Shown here: one piece after another, positions 32,828 through 42,425 of the stretch
How the letters are laid out: each line of letters opens with the position of its first letter
Position numbering within the stretch: position 1 is the first letter of the stretch
Origin: a virus
Virus record (IMG/VR): IMGVR_UViG_3300045988_135453
Length of the DNA: 64,000 bases
Direction: 5' to 3' (one strand)
Translations under genes and position numbers: made by a program
The notes under the pieces: model-generated
What the model was told of the DNA's origin: nothing
Databases searched by the model: none
Seen by the model: only the letters and a program-made list of their open reading frames with translations

Positions 32828-35800
32828 TTATTGATTAAAAAGGACAGCGAACGCCCCAGCGTAGATGAAGTAGCCATTGCCAGCGAGATTGAAACATTTC
32901 GCAGAACGAGCCGAGACCTGGCCATCGTCCGCACTGCAACCAACCACAGAGCCGTGTACCTGAGACGTGTTCACTCCTCCATTATTTGACGGATATAACC
33001 ACAAATAGGCACATTCGTGCGTGTGGAGCGAAGAACCTACCGTCTTATAGCAGAAATACGACATGTTATAATCGGAAGACTTTATAAAACTCTCTTGCAA
33101 GTCCGTCGCGCCATAATCCTTCTTCTTGTTGAGTCCAACGAGCATTGGAGGCTTGGTGTCGTAAGCACATTGATAGGCATTCTGGTTGAATACCGTCAGC
33201 GGCTGCACATCTTCCATGCTCTCCGTGCAACGGTAGTCTACATGCGTGGCTCCATCAATGTTATGTATTGTGTAATAGGCGTAGCTCATCTGACGAAACT
33301 GCCCGACGTAAGGCAAGGTGAAACCGCGATACACGGGTATGCTTACCTTCAGAATGGCAATAGCCCCGTCAAATGACACCTTCTTGTCGGTGCTCTGACA
33401 ACCGTCGGCAATCTCTGTCTTGACATATCGGTTCACCACAGCGGTCATAACACCGTCCTTCATTCCTTCACAGCGAGGAACATCGCGCACGACAAAATAG
33501 AATTTTAGCATCTCCATGCCCTCGCCTGTGTCGAGGTTCACGCTGCCGTCGCTTGCACACACGGCGTTGCCGTTCTCGTCATAATAGAAAATGTTGGCTT
33601 TGTTGCCGATCTTGTCGATAAATCCTGCCTTGGCGATGGCATCAAGTATGCGTTGGCCTTCAAGCAGCTGCACAGGATTGTATAAGGCTGTTGACAAGCC
33701 GTTCGCAAGCCGAATGTTCTTGTTCTTGCTTACGACATAGGCCTGTGAACTTAAATAATGGTTATAGTAGGTCTCGCCTGTAGCAGCAATGATCTTCCAG
33801 CCGCTCACACCACTTATCGCATCGTCGTTAAACTGGCTCGCGCTTATGTTTTGCGCTGTCACGCCCGAGCCAAACATCTTCACGTCTGTGTGGTCAACCG
33901 AGCCTATCTCCGCAAACATGGTGGTCAGAAGAGCCTCGTAGGTGCCATGGTGCCAGCCCATGTAAGGACGGGCGGTCAACGGATCTGTATTCTTGTTCTG
34001 TGCGTTCTGTATGCTTGACACAGCACTTATGTTTGAAGCGTGTCCCGCCCCTCTGTTTATGTAAGATGCTTTCAGCACAGACGTGTCGGCCGTGCCGTAC
34101 ATTCCGTTCACCGCCGTGTTGTATATGCAATGTGCCTGAGACCTTGTGTCGCCCTCGATCTTCGCGTTCACGGTCTCGCAAGGTGTCATGCCGAACGCAG
34201 GCATCTTTTTTGATTCCACACCGTACCATTTTGCCGCCGTCTTGCCGATAGCCAGACAGTTCATCTCGCGTCCGTCAACAACCTTCGTCGCGTTGATCAC
34301 GTTGGCGTTGCGGTTTATGAGCATTACGTCGCCGTCAGTGCCGTCAATCTTCACCTCCTCGCCGTTCTCGTCGAGGGTCAGACGGCCAGGGGCCATGACG
34401 TGTGTCACCACACCGTTCTTCACTGTCGCCAGCTTCCACTCGGCTCCCACCTCGCGCATCAACTGCTTGTCTCCAAACGTCATCTCCGCGTCAGGACTCG
34501 CGTCACCGTTCATCCTCACCATGCCCACATAGGGGTTGGTGTCAACAAATGTCGCCATCTTCTCCTTCAGCTCAACGGCGAGGCTTCGTGTCTCATTCTC
34601 CTTCTGACTCAGGTTGCCGAGCTGGGTGGAGATAGAAGCGAACACACCGTCACGCAGCACCTTCATCGTCAGGTCTGCCGTGCCTACCTTGTAGCTCACG
34701 GCGACGGTCATGGAGGCGTTGCCCTGGAAATGGCTCATGAAGCGGCAATAGCCGTCTTCGGGCAGCTCGGCTTCAGCGTTAAGGCGCACAAGCGGGGCGT
34801 AGGAACCTACGGTGGTCTTATATTGATAAGGCAGCTCTGTCACCACAGCTCCGCTCTCGTCGGTAATGGTCACGCTCTTCGTGCCGTCCTCGCCGTCGGC
34901 ATAGGCATAGCTGTAGGTATGTGTCTTGCCGAGGTAGGTGGCGGTTGCGCTCGCTGTTGTTCCGTCCTCGTTGTAGCTGTAGGTGTAGTCGATGCTTCGT
35001 GTCTCCACTCTGCTTATCTTCTCTGCAAAGATGCACACCGTGCCGTCCACGACGTTGGGCTTGAACAGATATTCGTTGCCCTTCTCTGCCGTAAACTCGG
35101 CGATGGTCCAACCTGTCTTTGCCACCTTCACACCGTCGGCGCTTATAGCCACGTTCTGTTCCGAGGGAGTGAGCACAATGTCGGGACGCGCCGTGTAATG
35201 GCCCAGGCTCTCCTTTACACGCTCCATCGAGGCAGCAAGCTCTTTCACCTTCTCTCCCTCGCCTATGTTTATAGAGGCTTCATGTCCCTCTCTGTCGGTT
35301 ATCGTCAGTGTGCCGTCTTCGGCAAGCGTGGCGTTCACGTTGTTCGCGGCTGTTGCGCTCTGTTCTGCCTTAGACGCTGCTGTCTGTGCCGATTCCGCAG
35401 CGTCTAAGGCGGCCTTCGTGGCGGTCTTCACCTCGTCGAGGGCCTTCGTGGTCTTCTCCGCACGGCCCTGTTCTGCCTTGTCGCGCAGCTTCTCGGCTGT
35501 AACGCGCCGTGCTTCGGCATCGGCACGAAGTTCCTCGGCACTCTTGCGCTCTGTCTCGTCTGTGCTCCGTGTGCTCTCTGCCTCCGTGCGCTGTGTCTCA
35601 GCTGTCGCGCGACCCTGCTCCGCCTCGCTTCGCACCATCTCGGCCATTATGCGCTTCTTCTCAGCAGCTGTTGCCGTGGCATTGAACTCGTTGAAGGCCG
35701 TGGCGGTCTTCTCCAACGCCGCGAGGTTGTCATCCATGAGCTTATTCATAGCCTCACCATGCTCGGCTGCGGTCTGTGCGCGTGCGGCAGCTGACATTGC

Positions 35801-36184
35801 GCTCTCCGCGCTTCCATTGGCGTTGCTCGTCGCCTCCGTCACCTTGCCGAGGGCGTTGTTCAGCTTGTCGCTCGCTGTGTTGGCTCTCGTTGCCGACTGT
35901 TCGGCTGCAAGGGCCTTGGTGTTGGCGTTGTCCGCAGCTGTCGTGGCGGTCTGTGCGGCAGTCCGCGCGTCCTCGGCTGCCGTGTAAGCAGCCTGTCCGT
36001 CAACAAGGATGCCCCACCATTCATCTTCACCCGCAGGCTCATGTCCCGTGTTTCCCTCCTGCTTGCTCCAGTAGGTGGTGTTCTTATACGTTACCACATG
36101 CAGCCTGCCGTAAGTGACATCGGGCGAGTATGCGCCCTTTGGCGCAAAGCCTACTCTTCCTAAATTAATTTTCTTTGTTACCAT
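32828..36184 (-). CDS. tail-fibre-like protein, DGR target
   Basis: 1118 aa. Long Ala-rich coiled coil at aa ~65-290. The VR encodes the last ~40 aa (GSVVGCSADDGQVSARSAKCFNLAGNGYFIYAGAFAV). Confidence 0.85.
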   Translation of the reverse strand: MVTKKINLGRVGFAPKGAYSPDVTYGRLHVVTYKNTTYWSKQEGNTGHEPAGEDEWWGILVDGQAAYTAAEDARTAAQTATTAADNANTKALAAEQSATRANTASDKLNNALGKVTEATSNANGSAESAMSAAARAQTAAEHGEAMNKLMDDNLAALEKTATAFNEFNATATAAEKKRIMAEMVRSEAEQGRATAETQRTEAESTRSTDETERKSAEELRADAEARRVTAEKLRDKAEQGRAEKTTKALDEVKTATKAALDAAESAQTAASKAEQSATAANNVNATLAEDGTLTITDREGHEASINIGEGEKVKELAASMERVKESLGHYTARPDIVLTPSEQNVAISADGVKVAKTGWTIAEFTAEKGNEYLFKPNVVDGTVCIFAEKISRVETRSIDYTYSYNEDGTTASATATYLGKTHTYSYAYADGEDGTKSVTITDESGAVVTELPYQYKTTVGSYAPLVRLNAEAELPEDGYCRFMSHFQGNASMTVAVSYKVGTADLTMKVLRDGVFASISTQLGNLSQKENETRSLAVELKEKMATFVDTNPYVGMVRMNGDASPDAEMTFGDKQLMREVGAEWKLATVKNGVVTHVMAPGRLTLDENGEEVKIDGTDGDVMLINRNANVINATKVVDGREMNCLAIGKTAAKWYGVESKKMPAFGMTPCETVNAKIEGDTRSQAHCIYNTAVNGMYGTADTSVLKASYINRGAGHASNISAVSSIQNAQNKNTDPLTARPYMGWHHGTYEALLTTMFAEIGSVDHTDVKMFGSGVTAQNISASQFNDDAISGVSGWKIIAATGETYYNHYLSSQAYVVSKNKNIRLANGLSTALYNPVQLLEGQRILDAIAKAGFIDKIGNKANIFYYDENGNAVCASDGSVNLDTGEGMEMLKFYFVVRDVPRCEGMKDGVMTAVVNRYVKTEIADGCQSTDKKVSFDGAIAILKVSIPVYRGFTLPYVGQFRQMSYAYYTIHNIDGATHVDYRCTESMEDVQPLTVFNQNAYQCAYDTKPPMLVGLNKKKDYGATDLQESFIKSSDYNMSYFCYKTVGSSLHTHECAYLWLYPSNNGGVNTSQVHGSVVGCSADDGQVSARSAKCFNLAGNGYFIYAGAFAVLFNQ
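32843..32955 (-). repeat. DGR variable repeat (VR)
   Basis: Differs from the TR at 12 positions. Eleven correspond to TR adenines on the minus strand. Confidence 0.85.
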
Positions 36185-36196
36185 ATCGCGATATAA

Positions 36197-36985
36197 TTAA
36201 TAGTTCGTGTTAATGACGAGCTCACCGTCTTCAGTCAACTCATATCTTTTTTCGTTCCCGTCCGTGATTTTCACGTTCAGCTCCATCTCGTCGGTGTTAA
36301 CCTCGAAGGTGGGGAAGTCGACCGTGCCGCGGGAAAACTTGTCGGTCTTATCGTAAGCACCTTTTTCTATGTTCCACACCATCCAGTAGCCGTCTTCCGA
36401 TATGATGTTGGGGTGCTCCGCCGTGCTCTTTGCCCTGTCTGCCTGTGTGTTCGCGTTCTCGGCAGCTGTCGTGGCTGCGCCAATGGCTGTGTCGGCACGC
36501 TGCTCGATGGCGCCCATCTTGGTCTCCACGCCCTTCAAGGCCTCCTTGGTGTCGGCAATTGTCTCTTCAGCATCCTTTATCAGGTTGCCCAGCTCCACCG
36601 CGGGAGCCAGTACCACAAGGGCTGTGTCCATCTCCACGCTGTCCTCGCCCTCCTGCGGCTCAAACACCGTGTCACCGGCAGCGTTGTTGTCAACAATCTG
36701 AAACTGCTCATACTCGTTAGATCTCCAATCGTTGCCGAACAACTTTCCTTTTACCTCCAAGGCGTAGGTTCCCACAGCCACCTTGTCGCCCTCCACACGC
36801 GCAAGCAGCACGTTGTCGGCAGAAACGTCAATGGTATAGCCGAGAGCCACACGTCTGTATTGGTTCACGACGTTCACCTTGATGTCCGTACACCCGGGCA
36901 GAGGAAACGCCACCTTCGCGCCGTCAACAATCTTCATGACGGGCACACGCAACGTAAAGTCGTTGCCCCTAACAATCTTCTTCAT
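36197..36985 (-). CDS. fibre- or tail-associated structural protein
   Basis: 262 aa with an Ala/Thr-rich coiled segment similar to that of the DGR target. Function assigned by context only. Confidence 0.6.
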   Translation of the reverse strand: MKKIVRGNDFTLRVPVMKIVDGAKVAFPLPGCTDIKVNVVNQYRRVALGYTIDVSADNVLLARVEGDKVAVGTYALEVKGKLFGNDWRSNEYEQFQIVDNNAAGDTVFEPQEGEDSVEMDTALVVLAPAVELGNLIKDAEETIADTKEALKGVETKMGAIEQRADTAIGAATTAAENANTQADRAKSTAEHPNIISEDGYWMVWNIEKGAYDKTDKFSRGTVDFPTFEVNTDEMELNVKITDGNEKRYELTEDGELVINTNY

Positions 36986-37000
36986 AAACTCATAACAACA

Positions 37001-37057
37001 AAATAATAAATAATAAATAATAAATAATAAATAATAAATAATAAATAATTAAATAAT
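37001..37057. repeat. heptamer tandem repeat (AAATAAT)x7 plus one more copy after a T
   Basis: Seven perfect copies at 37001..37049. Fills the spacer between the 37061 stop and the 36985 start. Confidence 0.9.
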
Positions 37058-37060
37058 CAT

Positions 37061-38881
37061 CTAAGAAATTGCCCCCTTGCCAATGACCTCTCCGTTGAGC
37101 TTCAGCTGGCATCCTCTCGCGCCGCTCGGCTTCGCAATCACCGATCCGTCGCTACCTGTCGTAGGCATGGTTTCGCCGATCGTGTTTATCTCAAACTCGG
37201 CCTGCATCAGCTTACCGGGCATTAGCGTCATGACCTTGCCTTGGCCCACCTCTGTCATGGGGAAGCTGCTGTCCTTGAAACTCGCTGTGAGCGTCTGCGT
37301 GAAGCCGTCGATGATGAGCTGCAACTTGCTCTGATAAATCTTCGCGCTCTCAGACCCAAAGTTCTGAAGCGTCACAGAACCACTATAGCTGATCCAGTAG
37401 TTTTTCTTTGATACAAGATCTATCGTCGAGACGCTATATTTCACGCCACAAGCCGTCATCTGCACACCCACTTTGCCCGATGCCTGTCCGCCGCTCGGTC
37501 CGATGGCGTAACACACCACACCTGCCGCGTTTGTAAACTGCAAATAGGGCAAACCGTCTATAAGACCAAAGAAGGCAGTAGCACCGCTCAGTCCGCTCAG
37601 GGCCGTGAACGCGCCATCCTTGATGATAGCTGTCAGGCTACCGTCCTTCGACACACTCTTCAACGAACGCGCTTCAAGGTTGCCGTCTTCGTCCACGCCG
37701 AAACTCTTCTCGCCGTGATTGTTCCTTAGCGTAAACTTGTCAGCCGTCATGTCGATCGTCTTGTTCTTAATGTCGATGCCCGTGGCCTCTAACGCACGCG
37801 ATGACACATCGGCATAAGAGGCAGGGGTCCAGCCATTATAGGTGCCGCTCTCGTCAAGCATCAGCTTGCAGCAGCGGCCTCTTCCGTTTTTTCTCACGGC
37901 AAGCTCCACCCTCACGTTGTTGCAGCTCGCTTCTGTATCGCCTGTCTTGAAGGTAGCCTTAAACATCTTCCAATCATGTGTTTCGTTCGCTGTCGCAAGG
38001 TTCAGATAGCAGAAGTTTGTGTCTTGGCCGATGCTGAGATACATGACATCATCCAGATCGCCATCGGCTCTCGCCCAAACGCTCGCCGTATAGTAGGTTT
38101 TGGGTTTCAGAACCACACCTTTCCATACGAGGCCGCTCCATGTCGTATCTGTCGCTCCCTTTTGGTTTATCACCATCGCTCCCGTACCTTCAAGACCACC
38201 TAAAGGCAGTATGGTGCAAGGGAACGTGTCGGGACGTTGCTGTGTCACGTCCGTCTCTCTGTTAAACGCCGTGCCCGGCAACACATTCAACCGTCCAACC
38301 GTCTCCTGTGCCACCTTTGCAGATATGCTCTTTGTCGTCTGCTCGATCTTGGATGTATATTTCGTCAGCACGTTGGGAGCCTCGCTCTGCAAGTCCTGCT
38401 GAAACTCGCCAAACTCTCTCTTCAGACCATTCACCAAGGTCTCGACACCGCCCCACACCGTGCTCATCTCCACGCTTACGCCGATGGTGTGACTAAGCGT
38501 TGTACCTCCCACTCTGATATTCACCGTCACAGAACCCGAGGTGAGAGGGTAGATCTCGCCGTCTGCCGTGGTGTAGGTAGACATGCGTGTGACCTTAATT
38601 AGGCCAGAGCCTCCAACGTTTGGCCCCGTCGCTGTACAGTTCTCTGTGCTCGCCACCGTCACCCTGCATGTCGCCGTAACGTCAAGATTACCTTTCAGCA
38701 CCTTCACCGTAGACGTGTTGTTCTTCGTCGTGTCGGCAGCAAACACCGTGTCCGACACCTTCCTTATGCCGAGCGTAATGACCGACGGCGTAGCGCAGAC
38801 GGTGTAACCATTAGCACCGTCTGCACCGTCCACGCCGTCACGAATCACGGCAATAGTGATATATCCTTTTCCTATTACCAT
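37061..38881 (-). CDS. tail or fibre structural protein
   Basis: 606 aa. N-terminus ITIAVIRDGVDGADGANG is typical of phage fibre and host-specificity proteins. Function assigned by context. Confidence 0.6.
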   Translation of the reverse strand: MVIGKGYITIAVIRDGVDGADGANGYTVCATPSVITLGIRKVSDTVFAADTTKNNTSTVKVLKGNLDVTATCRVTVASTENCTATGPNVGGSGLIKVTRMSTYTTADGEIYPLTSGSVTVNIRVGGTTLSHTIGVSVEMSTVWGGVETLVNGLKREFGEFQQDLQSEAPNVLTKYTSKIEQTTKSISAKVAQETVGRLNVLPGTAFNRETDVTQQRPDTFPCTILPLGGLEGTGAMVINQKGATDTTWSGLVWKGVVLKPKTYYTASVWARADGDLDDVMYLSIGQDTNFCYLNLATANETHDWKMFKATFKTGDTEASCNNVRVELAVRKNGRGRCCKLMLDESGTYNGWTPASYADVSSRALEATGIDIKNKTIDMTADKFTLRNNHGEKSFGVDEDGNLEARSLKSVSKDGSLTAIIKDGAFTALSGLSGATAFFGLIDGLPYLQFTNAAGVVCYAIGPSGGQASGKVGVQMTACGVKYSVSTIDLVSKKNYWISYSGSVTLQNFGSESAKIYQSKLQLIIDGFTQTLTASFKDSSFPMTEVGQGKVMTLMPGKLMQAEFEINTIGETMPTTGSDGSVIAKPSGARGCQLKLNGEVIGKGAIS

Positions 38882-38900
38882 CTCTTTCTCGTCTTTAGGG

Positions 38901-39944
38901 CTATTTTGTGCTCACCTCACAGGTGAACGTTGCTCTAACCGATACGTCCGCGCTGCTCACCGTCACATAGGGCAGCTTGCTCGTGTGTACAGGACTGCTT
39001 GTGCCGTTCCAGTTTGTAGCCACGCCGTTGGCGTTATATTTCGTCCATTTGTAAGTGAACTTTGTCGTGTGCGATGTGTCGGCCTTCACCGTCGCGCCGT
39101 CCTCCACAATGTTGCCGTCGCGCCACACGCGGGCATACAGCTCCGTGTTCTGTGCTCCGTTCACGATCTTGTCGCCCGTGAGCGAAAACACCTCCACGAC
39201 GTAAGGGTCTGAGGCATCGAAGAAGGTCACAATCTGATAGGCTGTGTCCTTGCCGTCAGTTACGGTACACTTGAAGGTCTGGAAGTTGAGCACATCGTCT
39301 GCTACCACGTTCAGTGTGCTCACGCCGTTGGCCGTGCTCACGCCTGCCGAGATGTCGGTCCATGTTCCTTCGCTTATGTTGAGCTTTGCCCATTTCATGC
39401 TCGTCACCACCGTGTCCTGTACATTGCCTCTGAAGAACTTTGCCACGGCTCTAAGGGTCTTGCTCGCGTTAGACGAGTCAAACGTGTTGCCGTCGGGAGT
39501 CTCTATCTGCACTATCTGCAAGGCACCTCCACTCTTCGCCATGCTGATAGTCTTGTAGCCCATACATTTTGTAGTGGCACCCGTCTGGGGGTCTGTATAG
39601 GTGCAAGACCACTCTATCTGCTTGTTCGGGCTGTCCTTGGCTATGTTCGCGGATATGTTCAGCTGCCAGCTCTTGCCGCTCACGGGAGTGGCCGCCACGC
39701 CGTCCACCTTCCACGACCAGCCTGTGCATGCCGACGTGGGGGCCTGGTCGTCAGAGCTGCCCGTCACATACACCTTGGCCGTTATCACGTTGGGCGCACT
39801 TGCCGAGTAGCTGGGCGTGTAGGTGTTGGTGTCGGGGGTGTAAATCTGGGTGTCGCCGAGCGATGCCTGTGTGAAACACTGTACGGCCTTGCCGTCATTC
39901 AAGTCAACGATGGTGATTTGACCATTTGCTAAAACTTTTGCCAT
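38901..39944 (-). CDS. tail structural protein with Ig-like repeats
   Basis: 347 aa. N-terminus QITIVDLNDG. Beta-rich repeated segments. Function assigned by context. Confidence 0.6.
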   Translation of the reverse strand: MAKVLANGQITIVDLNDGKAVQCFTQASLGDTQIYTPDTNTYTPSYSASAPNVITAKVYVTGSSDDQAPTSACTGWSWKVDGVAATPVSGKSWQLNISANIAKDSPNKQIEWSCTYTDPQTGATTKCMGYKTISMAKSGGALQIVQIETPDGNTFDSSNASKTLRAVAKFFRGNVQDTVVTSMKWAKLNISEGTWTDISAGVSTANGVSTLNVVADDVLNFQTFKCTVTDGKDTAYQIVTFFDASDPYVVEVFSLTGDKIVNGAQNTELYARVWRDGNIVEDGATVKADTSHTTKFTYKWTKYNANGVATNWNGTSSPVHTSKLPYVTVSSADVSVRATFTCEVSTK

Positions 39945-39996
39945 GTCTTTCTCTTTTTTTTATTTATTGTTATGTCGTTAAATATCTTTTTCTATA

Positions 39997-42243
39997 TCAT
40001 TGCTCCAACGAGTCGATGGTGAGGACCTTTGCAGACGATGTGTCTTGAACGTAAGCCCTACAGCCGAATTGTGCCACACGCGACACATCTTCGCCTGTGA
40101 TCCTACAAGTGTTGCCCACACCCTCATGCAGACGGTTCCACACAGCATCGTCTGCCGTGTCTGCCGACACCCTGTACCATGACCATCTGCTCTCGGCAAT
40201 GGTTGAGGTCACATCCTCGCCGTTTCTGTACAGCGTGCCTGTGAGCAGGAGTGACCCCGCGCCGTTCACCAACACCGTGCCCTTGTCGCTCGTCACCTGC
40301 AAGACGTAGGCAAGGCCGTCAGCACCAGAGGGGCCAGGTATGCCGCCCGTCAGCTCCTTTCGCCACACCTCGCTCTCGTCTGTAGGTTCTTCCGTTGTGC
40401 TGCTGTCTTCCGCAACGATGCAAGTCCAGATAGCGTTGTTGTGACTCACCTGATCGTAATAGTAATAGGTCTCACCTTGCTTCCACGCGCCGCGGAAATT
40501 AACAAGCGTAATCGGCGCACCGCTCGCGCTTATCCATTTGAATCGTGAGCTAAGGAACACCACCTCCTCGGGAGAGAGAATAAAGACCGTGTTGCTATAT
40601 TTGTTGTTTGACGCGCTGTGCTTGTAGTCAACGATGCCTTGCAACGAAATGATGTTAGGCACGCTGCCCTCACTACCCGTCGTCTGAAGCATCATGATGT
40701 TCGTTCGCGAAGCGTCGTTATTCATGGCCCTTGGGTCGTCCTCAGCAAACTGCCTGTGACCGTCAAGAACGATAACATCGCCAGCCGCTGGCACATCGTT
40801 CGTCTGTCTGTCTTCGCAGTCGGTAGCCGAGAGCACTACCCACGCAAATTTCTTCCCGTTGTACAGGTCGTTGCCCTCTGCATCTGTTATCGCCACGTTC
40901 TCGCCGCTCACACCCTCGACAAGTCTCCAATAGCTGCGGTTGCCCACACCCTCATAGCTGTCCGCGGCGATGTTGAAAGTCTGGCAACGCGCCTGGTCAA
41001 ACGGCCGCCAGCCGTTCTGTGTCGCTGTCGTGCCGTCGTCGGCAAGAATGTAGCAACGCCAGCCGATAAACTTTCCTTTTAGATACTCCTCCTTCACATA
41101 TACTATCTTGCTCGAAGCACCGCTCAGATAGACGTTGCCGCCCACGCTGCTCAGCTTCCGTATCTCCAGCTCATTGAAGATAGCCTTGCCCCACACCATG
41201 AGGTCAGTCACGCTTAGCGTAAACTTGCCGTTCACGCCCTTCGTGAAGCCGAAGCCCCGTTGCAGCAGCGCATCAAAGTCCTTGCTCTGCAAAGCCTTCA
41301 GCACCATGTCGCCGAGCAGGGCATCGCCGCTTTCGCCGTCAATATGAGGCGTGTTTGTCTTGTCATCCACAGGCCCTGTGCCGAAGAACGTGTCGCCTTG
41401 CAGCTGTGTGTCGCCACGCACCGTCAGCTTGCCGTCAGACGTGAGAGACCCTACTGTCAGAGCGTGCTCTGTGCTGTCGTCATGATTCTTTGACAGCGCA
41501 TTGTCGCCAACATACTTAGGCGTTGCAATATGATCTTCCGCCGTTACAGGCGTTGCGCTGTTGGCAACACCAACGACGCTACCCTGATTCTCGAACGTTA
41601 TGCTACCTCCCGACACGACGGTAAGAGCTTTGACGAAGATCTGTCTGAATTTAGTGCCGATCTTCATCGTGAGGTCCTTGAGGAACGTCACGGTCTGATC
41701 AACGGTACTGTACTGATACCAAACCGTGTCAACCAGTCCTGCCGATATTGCCTCGTCTGAAGCAAGGTAGCCAGTGGCCACCGTCTTGCCGCCGTCCCAT
41801 TCGCGAGCCGTTGTTCCGTTGTCGCCCGATGATGTGATTTTGGCCTGTAGATAAATATAGTATTTGTCTTCAGAACCAGTCTGCTTTCCATCGGCGTTCT
41901 TGCCATAGAGGTCAATAAGCTCAGAAGGGAATACGACAAGGGCAGAGTCGTTGGAGTCCAGATTGCGCGGAATGGCCACATAGACATATTTCTCGCTGTT
42001 CGTATTAAACATTGTAGGCACAGCCCGCAGTGGCCAGCGTCGGTAGTTATGGCCGTTGTCGTAAGAAACGATGCCTTTTATGTACACAAGAACCTGGGCT
42101 CCTGTTGCACAAGAAGCCTGAATGAAATTAGGTATGCCGAGGGCGTTCAGCTCTATATATAAAGCCGATGGAGAGATCCAGTAGTCCTGGGTTCTCGCCT
42201 GCGTCATCGTGTAAGTCGGGCTTTCGTTGTTGTCTTGTGCCAT
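39997..42243 (-). CDS. tail fibre or baseplate protein
   Basis: 748 aa. Contains a carbohydrate-binding-like segment GETYYYYDQVSHNNAIWTCI...EVW. Function assigned by context. Confidence 0.6.
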   Translation of the reverse strand: MAQDNNESPTYTMTQARTQDYWISPSALYIELNALGIPNFIQASCATGAQVLVYIKGIVSYDNGHNYRRWPLRAVPTMFNTNSEKYVYVAIPRNLDSNDSALVVFPSELIDLYGKNADGKQTGSEDKYYIYLQAKITSSGDNGTTAREWDGGKTVATGYLASDEAISAGLVDTVWYQYSTVDQTVTFLKDLTMKIGTKFRQIFVKALTVVSGGSITFENQGSVVGVANSATPVTAEDHIATPKYVGDNALSKNHDDSTEHALTVGSLTSDGKLTVRGDTQLQGDTFFGTGPVDDKTNTPHIDGESGDALLGDMVLKALQSKDFDALLQRGFGFTKGVNGKFTLSVTDLMVWGKAIFNELEIRKLSSVGGNVYLSGASSKIVYVKEEYLKGKFIGWRCYILADDGTTATQNGWRPFDQARCQTFNIAADSYEGVGNRSYWRLVEGVSGENVAITDAEGNDLYNGKKFAWVVLSATDCEDRQTNDVPAAGDVIVLDGHRQFAEDDPRAMNNDASRTNIMMLQTTGSEGSVPNIISLQGIVDYKHSASNNKYSNTVFILSPEEVVFLSSRFKWISASGAPITLVNFRGAWKQGETYYYYDQVSHNNAIWTCIVAEDSSTTEEPTDESEVWRKELTGGIPGPSGADGLAYVLQVTSDKGTVLVNGAGSLLLTGTLYRNGEDVTSTIAESRWSWYRVSADTADDAVWNRLHEGVGNTCRITGEDVSRVAQFGCRAYVQDTSSAKVLTIDSLEQ

Positions 42244-42425
42244 GTCCTGTGTTATTATAGTTTTCTGTAATGGTTGATTTTTTTATTTCTATTACAAAGA
42301 TAAAAAAAACGTCAGGACTGGTTAGGACAACGATACACCGGAAAACAAAAGCAACCTCGGGACAGCAGCGTGCCCGAGGTTGCAAACAAATAACAAATAA
42401 TAAATAATAACTAATAAATAATAAA

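Noticed and set aside
35265-35987. 240-aa plus-strand ORF (Ala/Ser-rich), with similar long plus-strand ORFs at 34400..35407 and 36413..37006
   Set aside because: They are antisense shadows of the Ala-rich coiled-coil region of the minus-strand fibre genes. They have low-complexity composition and no start context, and they are fully overlapped by much longer co-oriented genes.
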